From: Ostreococcus lucimarinus
Lineage: Eukaryota
Reading direction: 5' to 3' (one strand)
NCBI GenBank assembly: GCA_000092065.1
Contig: CP000592.1
Length of the DNA stretch: 64,000 bases
The notes beneath the pieces are model-generated. The model ran no database searches and was not told the DNA's origin. It saw only the letters and a list, made by a program, of their open reading frames with translations. This document shows, piece by piece, positions 48,690-59,400 of the stretch. The first letter of the stretch is position 1; the number at the start of each line of letters is the position of its first letter. The translations under genes and the position numbers were made by a program.

Positions 48690-50948
48690 CTACGATCTCG
48701 AGACGTAGCGGTTGCCCTCGAGCGTGAAGGTGGGTTTGGTGACGATGATGGTCTCATCGGTGTCGTCGTCGATCAAGGCAAAGTACGTCGATACCAATTC
48801 CGCCAAGCAACGGTGGAAGAGGTCGTTGGCGCGCCAGTCGCGCGCGGCGCCGAAACACGACACGCAGTCTTCGTGCGCCGCTTTCAAAGCATCACGCCAT
48901 TCGCGTTGAAACGCGACGAGTGCGTCACGAATGACGAGTGCATCAATGCTCGCGCCTTCACCGCTCCGACGGCGTCGCGAAATCGTCGTAATTCTCGGGA
49001 AGCGCTCCGCCAACGCGTGCGACACAAACGCTTTGGACTCTTCGATGAGTTTTTCTTCAAAGAAGTGCAGACTCGCGAGTTCTGTGGCGAGTTCGTCATC
49101 CTCAGCGCATCTCTCGACACCGTCATCATCGTTGAGATTCGTCAAAGAGCTTAACGTCGAGCAGATGTGATCGTACGACTTTACCAAATACGCGCTTCGC
49201 GAGCGAGGCGACGCCTTGAGCGAAGCGCACAGCTTACTCGTAACACAGTCGTACATCGACCGTCGCAAACGATCGAGAAACAAATCAACCTGATTCGTAA
49301 CGTTAAGTTCATCCGCAGAAGATGCGCCCATGCGCGAATGTGCCACTGTGGTGAGCGCGAGGACAAAGTTTGCGTATCGCTTCACGATGAAACTCGGCGA
49401 CTCTGGATTGGGCTCGAACGACTCTCGCGTGTCCTCGAGCGACTTGACGTGCGCATCACACGCGTGCTTGAACTTCGGCCAAAGTATCATGTTCAAGTTG
49501 TCGATGTACGCGTCCAGCGCGGGCACTCGGCGACGATTCATCACGCGTCTGTGGGCGTTGTTCACGCGGATGGCAATCAACAGCCCGACGGCGTCGTGCC
49601 CAGACTGCGCAACGCCTTGGGCGACGAAATCGTTGTACGCCATCAGTGGACCGGTGAAAACGATTTCAAACATTTCGCGCTCGCCTTTCCAAAATACTTC
49701 GCAAAACGCATACTCGAACGTCGCGGTGTCTATGAGCAGGCGATGCGCGCTTCGGAACAACTCCTCGTAGGCGTGCGCTTCTTGCCTCACCTTGTCCGAT
49801 TGCCGATGCACCACCAACGGAGGCTCTGTCTCTGCCGCATACATGGCACGCGCGCGATTACCAAGATCAAACAAGCTGTCGCCATTCGTCTCATCAGTCT
49901 TGGACGCACTAGAAGACGCCGGCGACGACGTGATGCCCGCGAACATTCCAGCCAAGGCGTTCGCCGCCGCCGACGCGACGTCGGTCGTCGCCGACGTTGT
50001 TGCCGTCGTCGAGGAAGTCGTGCGCGTCCTGGATGCGAGCAAAACTCGAGATCTAGGCGCTTTTGTGACGCGCTTGAGCGAATCCAAATACGAAGTCATC
50101 GCCGTTTTCAACACTTTTCCCACGACATCCGCGTAAGTGCTCTTCACCTCCCAATACACCTCTGGTCCTCGCTTACGTAGGAACTCGATCAGAGGCGCGT
50201 GTCTCGCGAGTGAATTTTCTTGAATTAACTGTACGTTCGCGCGTGGCTTCTTCAACGCCGCGAATTCACCGTACAAGAAGGCCCAAGCGCGGTCGACCGC
50301 CTTGACGCGCAGTCGCTCGAGTTCTGGCGCGACGTCGTTTACAGCGCGACCCGCGCCTTTCGATGCGGACACACTGAGATGATCCAACTTCACCTCGAGT
50401 TCGCGAACGCCTTCGACAAATCCCCCGTCACCGCCGACGAAGTCGCCGTTAAACACGGCGTTAATCAGCGACGGCGGTACCGAAAGCGCCTCCACCGCGT
50501 CGCCTAATTTTCGCTCAGCTCGCGCGCGGTTTGCACTTCGCACGCGTAAATCTTCGCTCGAACGCTGTAACTCCCTAATTTCCATCGATATACGCCCTAA
50601 ATCGTCCTGAAACGTCTTCAACGTTTGTTCCATGTCGCTCAATATCCCGTCGCACGCGTGCACTTCGCCTTGCAGTTGCAGTAAATTCTCGCACTCATCC
50701 GCGTGAGCGTCGATCGAGCGACGCTCGACGTCCACGAGTTTCATTTCGATCTCCCTCGCGCGTCGATCGAGGGATTCGAAATCACCATCATCGTCATCCT
50801 CGCCGTGCTCGTCGTCGTTTTCTCGTCGCAACAGCGCTCGAATGACTTCGTGATTGGCGTACCGCAGTAACGATGCCGACGTGGGAGTCAGCGTCGACGT
50901 GTCGTTGACGCCGCGCTCGGGTGCTCGCATCACGCTCGTACGATCCAT
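48690..50948 (-). CDS. VPS52: VPS52 (GARP complex subunit, Sac2 family)
   Basis: N-terminal coiled-coil block LQLQGEVHACDGILSDMEQTLKTFQDDLGRISMEIRELQRSSEDLRVRSANRARAERKL is typical of Vps52 (LQ..S..M..RL.NR). Full length about 750 aa is consistent. Confidence 0.7.
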   Translation of the reverse strand: MDRTSVMRAPERGVNDTSTLTPTSASLLRYANHEVIRALLRRENDDEHGEDDDDGDFESLDRRAREIEMKLVDVERRSIDAHADECENLLQLQGEVHACDGILSDMEQTLKTFQDDLGRISMEIRELQRSSEDLRVRSANRARAERKLGDAVEALSVPPSLINAVFNGDFVGGDGGFVEGVRELEVKLDHLSVSASKGAGRAVNDVAPELERLRVKAVDRAWAFLYGEFAALKKPRANVQLIQENSLARHAPLIEFLRKRGPEVYWEVKSTYADVVGKVLKTAMTSYLDSLKRVTKAPRSRVLLASRTRTTSSTTATTSATTDVASAAANALAGMFAGITSSPASSSASKTDETNGDSLFDLGNRARAMYAAETEPPLVVHRQSDKVRQEAHAYEELFRSAHRLLIDTATFEYAFCEVFWKGEREMFEIVFTGPLMAYNDFVAQGVAQSGHDAVGLLIAIRVNNAHRRVMNRRRVPALDAYIDNLNMILWPKFKHACDAHVKSLEDTRESFEPNPESPSFIVKRYANFVLALTTVAHSRMGASSADELNVTNQVDLFLDRLRRSMYDCVTSKLCASLKASPRSRSAYLVKSYDHICSTLSSLTNLNDDDGVERCAEDDELATELASLHFFEEKLIEESKAFVSHALAERFPRITTISRRRRSGEGASIDALVIRDALVAFQREWRDALKAAHEDCVSCFGAARDWRANDLFHRCLAELVSTYFALIDDDTDETIIVTKPTFTLEGNRYVSRS

Positions 50949-51068
50949 AGCGATATACGCGCACTCGCGTCGTGCGAGACGCTCGAACCAGAACGCGCGC
51001 CCTGTTTTGAGGCGTCGATGCAGATGTCTAATACTTTACACTTTCGGGCTACTACGTGAGAAGTTTCC

Positions 51069-51737
51069 TTACTCTTTTTCTACGGGCGCGGGCGCGACTT
51101 TCTTCTTCGCCTTCCCCGATGGCTTTGAATTCTTCGCCGCCGCCGCGTTCGTCGGTTTGCCCTTTGAAGAAGTCTTCTTCGCCTTGCCTTTCCTCTTACC
51201 TTTCGCCGGCGGCGCCTCGCCTCGCGCCTGGCTCAGGCGAAAGCGACGAATCTTTGCCGCCACCCCGTCCAACTCTTCGACTTCATCGTGAAAGTCATCC
51301 AACGTATCGCGATCCGCTTGTCTGGCGATTCGTTCGTTCAAGAGGGAAGGAATGTAGCCAAAGTTGCGGTTTCTCAGCAAGTCCTTGAAAGGTTTTTCGC
51401 CGTGCACCATGCGATGCCAGTTTATGTTGCGTCCAATCTCGCCCCCCGCGCCCGCACACCTGCGGCAGTTCACCGCTCCCTTGCCTTGACAAAACATGCA
51501 CTGAAATGTCTCAATCTTCGCGTTCAACGTCGCGAAATCACCTCGATCCTCCGGCTTTTGCAACTTGCCAGTGGCTTTGCAGTGCTCGCAGCGCATCGTC
51601 TTCGCGCCGCCGCAGAGCGTGCACGTTCGGTGTAACCAGTGCGCGCCGGACTCGCGCGCGGCTGCGATGACGGTGCCGACGAAGCATACCTGCGCGCACA
51701 CGCCCAGGATGCCCTTGATGTCGTCTTCACCACCCAT
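51069..51737 (-). CDS. DnaJ-type zinc-finger (4x CxxC) protein with N-terminal TM anchor and Lys-rich tail (BSD2/LQY1/CYO1-like)
   Basis: CTLCGGAKTMRCEHCKATGK...FQCMFCQGKGAVNCRRCAGAGG gives four CxxCxGxG-type motifs. One TM (ILGVCAQVCFVGTVIAAA). C-terminal KGKRKGKAKK low complexity. Confidence 0.5.
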   Translation of the reverse strand: MGGEDDIKGILGVCAQVCFVGTVIAAARESGAHWLHRTCTLCGGAKTMRCEHCKATGKLQKPEDRGDFATLNAKIETFQCMFCQGKGAVNCRRCAGAGGEIGRNINWHRMVHGEKPFKDLLRNRNFGYIPSLLNERIARQADRDTLDDFHDEVEELDGVAAKIRRFRLSQARGEAPPAKGKRKGKAKKTSSKGKPTNAAAAKNSKPSGKAKKKVAPAPVEKE

Positions 51738-51779
51738 CGATGTCGGCGTCGGGCGTCAGGTTATGCGGTGTAGTGAGGG
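51738..51779. promoter_or_regulatory. Very short (about 40-100 bp) shared 5' region of the divergent DnaJ-ZnF and PWI genes
   Basis: Start codons at 51737 (-) and 51780/51840 (+). Inference. Confidence 0.3.
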
Positions 51780-52469
51780 TTGAGATTTTCTCCGCACTTC
51801 CGCACTCGCGCGCGCTCGAGTCTTTACGCGACGAGCCGCATGAGCACGTACAGACAACCGTTCAGCCGCGGTGCCGCGGCGTTCGGGAAACGACCGAGCA
51901 GCTCATCGAGCGCCAACGCCAAGCTCGCCGAGGCGCTCAAGGTGAAAATTGACATCGACAAGGTTGATTTAGAAGTCATCAAACCGTGGATCTCGCGCGA
52001 GATCACCGCGCTGTTGGGGGTGGAGGACGAAGTTTTGATCGGCATGATCGAGGTGTTGCTAGAAGAGTGCAAGATTCACAAGAATGGCGCACACATGTAC
52101 GCGCAGTTGGAGTCGTTTCTCGAAAAGCAAACCGAAACGTTTTGCGTGCAACTGTGGGAGCTCTTGGCGAGCGCACAGGCGAACGCGGGCAAACACGGAG
52201 AGAAAGGCGTGCCATCGAAATTCATGAAGGATACCGAGGCGCAGCGCAAGCGCGAGGACGAGGCGTACGAGCGCATGAAGAAAAATCAGGAACGCGGTCG
52301 CGACGGTCGACGTTCGCAGCAGAAACCGTATGACCGGCCGCCGCGACGACATAGCAGAGATAGGGTAGGACGCGGCCAAGAGAGGCGACGGGATTCTAGA
52401 AGTCCGCCGCGGCGACGGTCGCGGTGGGGCGCCGACGGTGAGCGGAGCGACGGCAGCGACGACGCGTGA
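51780..52469 (+). CDS. SRRM1: PWI-domain protein, SRRM1/SRm160-like
   Basis: KVKIDIDKVDLEVIKPWISREITALLGVEDEVLIGMIEVLLEE...FCVQLWELLASAQ aligns closely with the SRRM1 PWI domain (VNLEVIKPWITKRVTEILGFEDDVVIEFI...ELWPLLLSAQ). RS/RD-rich tail. Start may be Met51840. Confidence 0.8.
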   Translation: MRFSPHFRTRARSSLYATSRMSTYRQPFSRGAAAFGKRPSSSSSANAKLAEALKVKIDIDKVDLEVIKPWISREITALLGVEDEVLIGMIEVLLEECKIHKNGAHMYAQLESFLEKQTETFCVQLWELLASAQANAGKHGEKGVPSKFMKDTEAQRKREDEAYERMKKNQERGRDGRRSQQKPYDRPPRRHSRDRVGRGQERRRDSRSPPRRRSRWGADGERSDGSDDA

Positions 52470-52578
52470 AGGAGGCGAGACACTCATCGAGGTTGAACCG
52501 CGGCAAAACTCAAGATGGAGAAAATTTGTAAAATGTTGAATTCATTATTTCATCAAGTTCATCGCGCACGAGTACAAT

Positions 52579-54597
52579 CTACGCTGCCACGGTTTTCGGC
52601 CACTTGTCGTGAATCCAGCTCTTGAACTTTGCACACGCCGGCAAGAAACCTCCGTTTTCGGCACTATCGGCGATGACCTCGTCGCCATGGACGAATAGCA
52701 TGCGCATGTCCAAATCAACATCGCTCGTAGATGTGGCTTCGGCTAGAGATTTTTCATAAGCCTCACGTTCACTCTTGACAAGTTCTTCGACGTCTTCGCC
52801 GAGTTCTTTGACCCAAGCGTCGTGCGACAAAGGCTTGCCAGTGAGATTATTCACCAACCCGAGGAAGCCCGGCTTGCCGCTGCCGGCACGCCAGTACTCG
52901 GCTTCGAGCGTTGGACCGACTTTTGGGTTATCGACAATGTATCCCTCGGTGCGGAAGAAATGCTCTCGAGTTTGGTGCACGGCCATCTCTGCGAACACGT
53001 ATCCGTGGTAGTATGCGGACGACTCGTCGGCCAAGATGTGCGGCACGCTCATCAACGGACGACCGCTGAAACCTCCTTGAATCTTTTCTTCAATCTCATC
53101 AGCGACGCGGCAAATGTTTTCCGTCGTCAATTGATCTTCCGAAAGCTCGTACAAAGCCTTCTCAAAGTACGGCACGGCGATCATCCCGCGCAGCGCCATG
53201 ACCTTATAAGGGTGCTTTTGTCGAATATTTCGTTCAATCAACTCCCAAGGAATGACGTTGCCCTTGCGATCCTTCGCGTATCGCGCTTGCCACGCAGCGT
53301 CTTCGCACAAGGCGTCGAGAAACATTGATTGTGTCTCCGCCAAGGCGACAGAGAACGGCGCCCGCTCTTGCGCAAACACCGGAGAACCTTGAACGATGTT
53401 GGCAAAGTGCGCGGCGTGTCCGCCTTCGTGCATCAGCGTCGTCAAGGCGGTGTTACCGCTACCAATTTCATCAGGCGTGGCGAGCGAGGTAAAGTTCGAC
53501 TCAGACGGCACCCACGTGCCATCAGTTTTCTTGAACGGCGGCGTCGGCCAGTGGCAAAAACCGTTGGGATACTTGCCGACGCGATCGCATAAATCCAGTC
53601 GCATAGTCGTGCCTTTGTAACCAATCTTCATCGCCCCGAACGAGCGTCCCCAGACCTCGGGAGCGTTTTCAAATGGATAATACGGATCAATCAACTGCGT
53701 CAACTCTCCGCTGAGCGCGTACGCTGTGTTCCATCCCTTGGTCGCGTCTTCGCCCTTTTCCGCCTTGAGCCTGTCGCGCGCGGCGTGCATGAGCGGTCGC
53801 GTAGCTTCCTCCAAGCCATCGAGCATCTCGAAGCACTTCTTCTTGTTGAAGCCTTCCGCTTGCGTCACCTTCATGTCGTAAAAATCCTCGAAACCGAGCG
53901 CGCGCGCGAAGCGGTTGCGCTCGGCGATGATGGCTGGGAAGCCGTTGTCGCACAAAAAGGGACCGTTCGCGCGAAGCGTCTCCCAGCAACTCTTGCGCAC
54001 GCACTCCTCATCGCTCGAGCGAATTTTCGTGCGCAACACCGTGGGCGTGGCCGAGACGAACTTGCCGTCCACATCGGTGTACCCGAGCTCTTGTTTATTG
54101 CGCGCCGCTTGCAACGCGTTCTCCTTCGCGATGGCGGATTCGCGCAACGCCACGGCTTCTTTGGACTCGACGATGTAGCACTTGAGCGTTTTTTCGATTT
54201 GCTCCAGCACAATCCTTTGGTCATCCGTGACGTCTTTGGACGCCAACAACTCGCGCGTCTTCGCCAACGTCTCAGCGTCGCCCATGAACGTCTCCAGCGC
54301 GTTGAACGACTTCGTCAGCGCCTCCACGTCGTTCCCTCGCAGGTTCATCTTCGTCGCCCAAAAGTTATCCTCGAACGTCTTGTGCTTGGCCAGGTATTCA
54401 TCGTTGAAAGCGTCGATGAAGGACGCCGGCGTCGTCGTCGCCGAGTTCGCCATGACGTGACGTCCTCGTCCTCTCGCGGCGACGTTTCCGACGACGGCGC
54501 GCTCGCGAGCGCGTCGAGCGAGCGTCGAGGCCGAGCGCGTCGAGGTCGAGTTCAACGCCGATCCGCGATGCGTGATCACTCGAGCGATGACGCGCAT
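52579..54597 (-). CDS. Zinc metallopeptidase, M3-like (neurolysin/oligopeptidase-fold gluzincin) with presequence
   Basis: HEGGHAAHF...(about 25 aa)...ALAETQSMFLD matches the M3 HExGHxxH...E.PSQ.xEN arrangement; about 600-aa mature length. ORF runs to 55002; start trimmed to Met54597 (the 48 aa before MANSATT look like a targeting peptide). M2/M32 relatives not excluded. Confidence 0.55.
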   Translation of the reverse strand: MRVIARVITHRGSALNSTSTRSASTLARRARERAVVGNVAARGRGRHVMANSATTTPASFIDAFNDEYLAKHKTFEDNFWATKMNLRGNDVEALTKSFNALETFMGDAETLAKTRELLASKDVTDDQRIVLEQIEKTLKCYIVESKEAVALRESAIAKENALQAARNKQELGYTDVDGKFVSATPTVLRTKIRSSDEECVRKSCWETLRANGPFLCDNGFPAIIAERNRFARALGFEDFYDMKVTQAEGFNKKKCFEMLDGLEEATRPLMHAARDRLKAEKGEDATKGWNTAYALSGELTQLIDPYYPFENAPEVWGRSFGAMKIGYKGTTMRLDLCDRVGKYPNGFCHWPTPPFKKTDGTWVPSESNFTSLATPDEIGSGNTALTTLMHEGGHAAHFANIVQGSPVFAQERAPFSVALAETQSMFLDALCEDAAWQARYAKDRKGNVIPWELIERNIRQKHPYKVMALRGMIAVPYFEKALYELSEDQLTTENICRVADEIEEKIQGGFSGRPLMSVPHILADESSAYYHGYVFAEMAVHQTREHFFRTEGYIVDNPKVGPTLEAEYWRAGSGKPGFLGLVNNLTGKPLSHDAWVKELGEDVEELVKSEREAYEKSLAEATSTSDVDLDMRMLFVHGDEVIADSAENGGFLPACAKFKSWIHDKWPKTVAA

Positions 54598-55394
54598 GCG
54601 ACACGAGGCGGTGTGTGACGATCTCGATGACGACGGGACGACGCGCCTCTCATCCAGCGAGACCCCGCAGACGTCGTCGCCGACGCTGGCGCGGGCACCG
54701 CGCGCGCGATGACGCCGCCGGCGTCCGTCGATGGCGACGACGTGCGCCAAGACACCGACGACGTCGTCATCGCGCGTGCGCTGCGCGCGACGCTCGTGCA
54801 CGTCTGCACCGCGCGCGGGTCGTTGAAGTCGTGCTGACCGAGCGAAGTTCCGAGACGCGTGTTCGGGGGTAAATCGGCGCCCGCAGGCGACGACTCGCGC
54901 TTGAGACGGGCGATTCGAGGGAAATCGTGGCGCGATTACATGGAGCTCACGCGACGGATCGCGATCGAGGAAGCGGAGCGCGGGAAGATTGAAATCACTC
55001 AAAAGGGCGAGGCGGTGTCGCCGCCGAGCACGTTCAGGGGACCGATTCGATTGCGATTGCGACGGACGGCAACGGTGAACATTGGTGACGGCGAAGTTAA
55101 AGTCGAAGGTGCAGCGTCGCAGCCGTCGTCGAAGAGGCGTAAACGAAACGTTTCGCCAAACTAACGGTCGCTCGTGAAGGCTCGAGCGGAAACGGCGACG
55201 CTCCGTCGCGCGCGCTCGACGCCCGATACGCCGTTAGAGTTCACCGATGCGGTCGGCAAATAGAATTGTAATACCGATTTTCATGATACATCGCTTGAAC
55301 AAGTTCAGCCTTAGCGACCTCGGACGCGGTCAAAGACGTGTGCGATTGTACAATAGACAAAGATTATATCCGATTGCTTGACGTTCGAAGTACT

Positions 55395-56165
55395 CTAAAC
55401 ATAATTCGTTGTTTCATAGGAAGGAGTAGGAAAATCATAGCAGCGGGCCATCCAGTTTGCAGGCGGTGACCAGCCTGTCACCACCGCATGGTGATCTCTC
55501 CAGTCTCTAGGTTCCCAGCCGGGGGAGAGCTTCAAAGAACGAATATATTCCAGTGTGTCCAGTGCTTCCACATTGCGAAGCTTTTCGTCATCTCTTTTTT
55601 CCACCAACACGCAGAATTCATTTACTTCCGCTACGCCCTCGCCGGCTTTTCTTTCTATTTTGTACATGCCGGCTCTGCATTGGAGGCCCATATTGAAAAG
55701 CTTAGCCTCGTTGACTTGCTGACAAACTTTCTTAAATGCCTCTACCATTTGCGGCGGTGTGTTTCGCACCGGGCCGCTTACAGAGCAGCACAAGCATCGG
55801 ATCGTTTCACAAATGGGCCACCCCCCCATGTCCTGTAGTGCGCCGTTCAAGATATCTACAAGCTCGTTCGCCACGGGTGAGTTTCTCGACCAATCTGGGT
55901 CCCGGGGACGCTTGGAAGGCACTTCAGCCAATTGTGCAACGTGCCTTTGGTACAAAGGCACGTCGCACGCGACTGAATCCGTCATCACGGAGTGCGAAGC
56001 GGGACGGTGGGGCGCCTTTATGTGGGTATGGGTTTCCAGCAGGGGAGCGATGTGCCAGGATGGTACATCGCGCGACACGAAGTCGATCGGGATTTTCTTC
56101 TGACATTGAAGAACTGCGAGCAGGTCGGGGTGATAGAATGCTGGCGCGCTTAGCGAACCACCCAT
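55395..56165 (-). CDS. Hypothetical protein with a putative N-myristoylation signal (MGGSLSA); Cys-rich; lower GC
   Basis: Clean 256-aa ORF divergent from the giant ORF; no family recognised. Confidence 0.4.
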   Translation of the reverse strand: MGGSLSAPAFYHPDLLAVLQCQKKIPIDFVSRDVPSWHIAPLLETHTHIKAPHRPASHSVMTDSVACDVPLYQRHVAQLAEVPSKRPRDPDWSRNSPVANELVDILNGALQDMGGWPICETIRCLCCSVSGPVRNTPPQMVEAFKKVCQQVNEAKLFNMGLQCRAGMYKIERKAGEGVAEVNEFCVLVEKRDDEKLRNVEALDTLEYIRSLKLSPGWEPRDWRDHHAVVTGWSPPANWMARCYDFPTPSYETTNYV

Positions 56166-56405
56166 GACGCGCTGAGATTTCTTTTCTCGTGCACGCGCGC
56201 GTTTTGTTTCATTCGTGCCTGTGCGTCGCTCGCGTCGCGGAGTGATGCTCGTGTCGTCCGTCTTTCGACGGGTCTAGGGTTTCAGTGCTTCGTCGAATCT
56301 GGGGAAAAACCATTTTGCTTGAGCACGGCGAGACTTTCAAGACGCACCTGACAGAGCGGTGCGCGCAGGCCACGCAGCTCGCAGTGGGGGCGCGTCTCGT
56401 CGTGA

Positions 56406-59400
56406 GTGACGATGTCGGAGGCGGTGCTCACGGCGAGTGAACCCGTCGGGCCGGTGCAGGCGCCGGCGGACGCGGCGGCGGCGCCGGCGAGGGAGACGAT
56501 TGGGGCTTTTTCGCTCGCGCGGGCGAAGAGTTCGGTGCGGAGACTGAGCCAGTCGAAGCGGGAGCGGCGCGGGGAGACGACGAAGACGCGGTTCACGGAG
56601 GTGACGACGGTGGTGGGCGCGCGGGAACGCGGGAGCGATGGTGCGGCGGATGAGGACGTCGGTGGGTCGGCGCGGGAGAGAGACGACGCGAGACGTTTGC
56701 GAAAAAGAGAATCGGTCAAGGTGAACATGCTTCGCGCGAGGACGTTCAAGGCGATGAATGGGGGCGGCGGCGCGAGCGGGCGCGGCAACGGTAGGGTGTT
56801 CGTGGACGTGGAGACCGGGGATAGTTTCGTGTCCACGGGGGATCTCACGAGCGTGGATGAGAAACGGTTCCGCGAACTCGACGCCGAGGGCGTGTTGGAG
56901 GTGGTGAAACTCGTCGAGGGAGGCGAGCAGGTGCTGATGAGTTCGGTGCAACCGTCGCTGTTGGAGAATTTGTCCACTCTTCCAGTGCAGGTGGAAGTCG
57001 GATGGGCGGGTGATTCCTGGCGCGCGGTGCTTCGAATGTTGATGATCGCGTCGTACGACGACGTCAATCGACTTCGATTTACTCGAGGTTTGGACGCCGC
57101 GATGCACTTTCTCAGCGGCGCCGAATCCTTCTTGCTCGGATCCGTCATCTCGGCGTACGAGTCTGGAAACACCAGTGATCTCAAGCGATTGCTTCGTCAT
57201 GCCTTTTTGAATCGCAACGTCAGTCGAGTGCTCGTGCAGCAAATGTCTCGTTACGACATTTTCTGGCACACGCACTGGTCGGTGAAATTTAACAGAATGA
57301 TGGACGCGTTCGGCACCGTTCCCGTGATCGGATTCACCGGTTTCCCATCCTCTGAAAACTTCCAAAACACGCGAAACTTTGTCGTTGGCTCCTTCTTCCG
57401 CGTGTTCCTCGGTCAAGGCAACTGGATCACTCGTGTTCTCACCGGACGCGAGGCGCTCATCACCGACGATCCGAACGTCGTCGCGCAAAATCTCGCCGCG
57501 GAGACGAACAGTTTCGAGGCATCCAACCTCGCACAACACGGTGCGTTTGTCGGACGCATGAAGACGAACGAATTCCGCGCCAATCATCGGTTACCGACGG
57601 ATGAGAGCGTCGTTCGTACCTTTGCCGTGTCGCCGTCGAGCACGCTTGTGAACAACGGCGTCGTGCACGTGGTGTCGCAGTTGGCGAGACATTGGCACAG
57701 CATGCTCGACCAACCGTACGGTAACTTTGCGCATCAACGCCAAGAGCAGCTGAATCCGTTGGAGACGCTTCGATTCCACATGCCCGTCGTCTTGTTTACT
57801 CTCGCCAATTTGCGAGGCTTGAATGCGTGGGACTCCACCGTGTTGGCGCCCGTGCTCAAAAAGTTGCAAAACATCCCGCCGGTGGCCAACGCGGTCATGA
57901 TCAAGCCCATCGTTCGTATGATTTCTAAGGAGCTCGCCGCGAACGTGTGCGGCGGAAGTAAGATAATTTACGATCCCTTTAAGAGTTGGTTGAAAGCCAT
58001 CGAGAGGAGTCTCACGCGGTTGGACGAGGAAGCGCAACAAGTCGCGTTGATCTGCAGCGCGGTTCAGAATGGCGTCGCAATTGGACACAGCGCGATCGCG
58101 CAAAGTAATTTCATCGCGCCGACCGAAGCGCAAATGAAGCAGGCTGTGCACTCTGTGTGTCTCGGCGAGCCCGTCAGTACGAAGTGCGGCGTCACTGAGG
58201 TGCAAGTCAAATCGGCTCTCAATTTGCTCGCGCCGAGAGACAAGCGCATGCTCATTCAACTCGTAAAGAGCGGTTACACAAATTCTAAAGCTGTCGTGTT
58301 ACTCACATCGAGAGCTTGCACACTCCTCAGCCGCAACATCAGACGGGAAGCGCTGTCCAAGACAATCGTCAAGATGTCAAAGGGTGACGAAGTTGCGAAC
58401 TTTGACACGAAAAAGGCGTACTGGGTCAAGGATCAGTACGGCGTCGGCCGCGTGTATATTTTTGAACGCGAGAATACGGACGGAACCTGCACGTTTACGG
58501 ATCGCGCCACGCGCGCAGAGCACTGCTTCGACTTTTCAAAGTCCACACTCAGCGCGTACAAGTATGTCGAAGTTGGCGAGTCGATCGTTCGCGCGCAAAA
58601 GGCGTTCATGACGATCGAATTAGACCACGGCTCGGTTTTCTCTTACGCTTCATTCATGGAGTTGTCCTTTTTGCGTTCGCCACTTCGACAACTGCTGGTA
58701 TTGTCACAATTCCACTGCGAAGAAATCGACGATGCTCGTCTCAATATCTTATCAGCCATCAAGCACTCTGCGACGCGAACCGAAGTGACCGTGAAAGAGC
58801 TGAAACTTGGTCAGCGATACTTTGTCTACGAGGAGAAATCGTACACGCCTTTCTTGTTCGACGAAGCTTTGCAAAGTGATAAGGCGCGCTTGTCGGCGCT
58901 CAAGATGAAGAAGATTGTCACCGTGCCGCCGCAGTCGATGATTGTCATCGGAGGCGGTCCGACTGGTTTGCTCACAACCCTTCACTGCCTCGAAAACGTC
59001 TTGTTAAGCGATGGCGTCATGCGCATCTATGAATCGCGCGATGCTTTCACTCAGGCTGGCGCAACTTTCGAAAGAGCGCAGATTGTTCGACTGGACGCGC
59101 GCTGGATCGCATGTCTTCGTTTCCATCTCGGTACAATTTACGAGGATGTTTTCATTCCAACCCCGGGTGATACGAGCTCACACTACGGCAACGTGCTTCC
59201 GTCGCAAGGCTTCATCGAGATCACCATCAAGGATTTGGAGAATATGATGAACGTGGGCGTTTCGCAACGTCTCTCTCGTGGATTGCTGACGCAAGATACG
59301 AATAGCGGCGCGCAGTACGACGTACGACAAAACAAGCTGATCAAAACGGGCAAGGCGCTCAAGATTACTGACTTGATTCTGCGTAAAGTCGATAACGAAG

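Noticed and set aside
49167-50180. 337-aa plus ORF antisense to VPS52
   Set aside because: Antisense artefact; Arg-rich.
53785-54618. 277-aa plus ORF antisense to the M3-like peptidase
   Set aside because: Antisense artefact; Arg/Leu low complexity.
54859-55164. 101-aa plus ORF (MFGGKSAPAGDD...KIEITQKGEAVSPP...) in the M3 peptidase 5' flank
   Set aside because: It has protein-like composition and does not overlap the trimmed peptidase start, so a small gene cannot be excluded. There is no recognisable family, and it overlaps the upstream extended frame of the peptidase, so it is not called.
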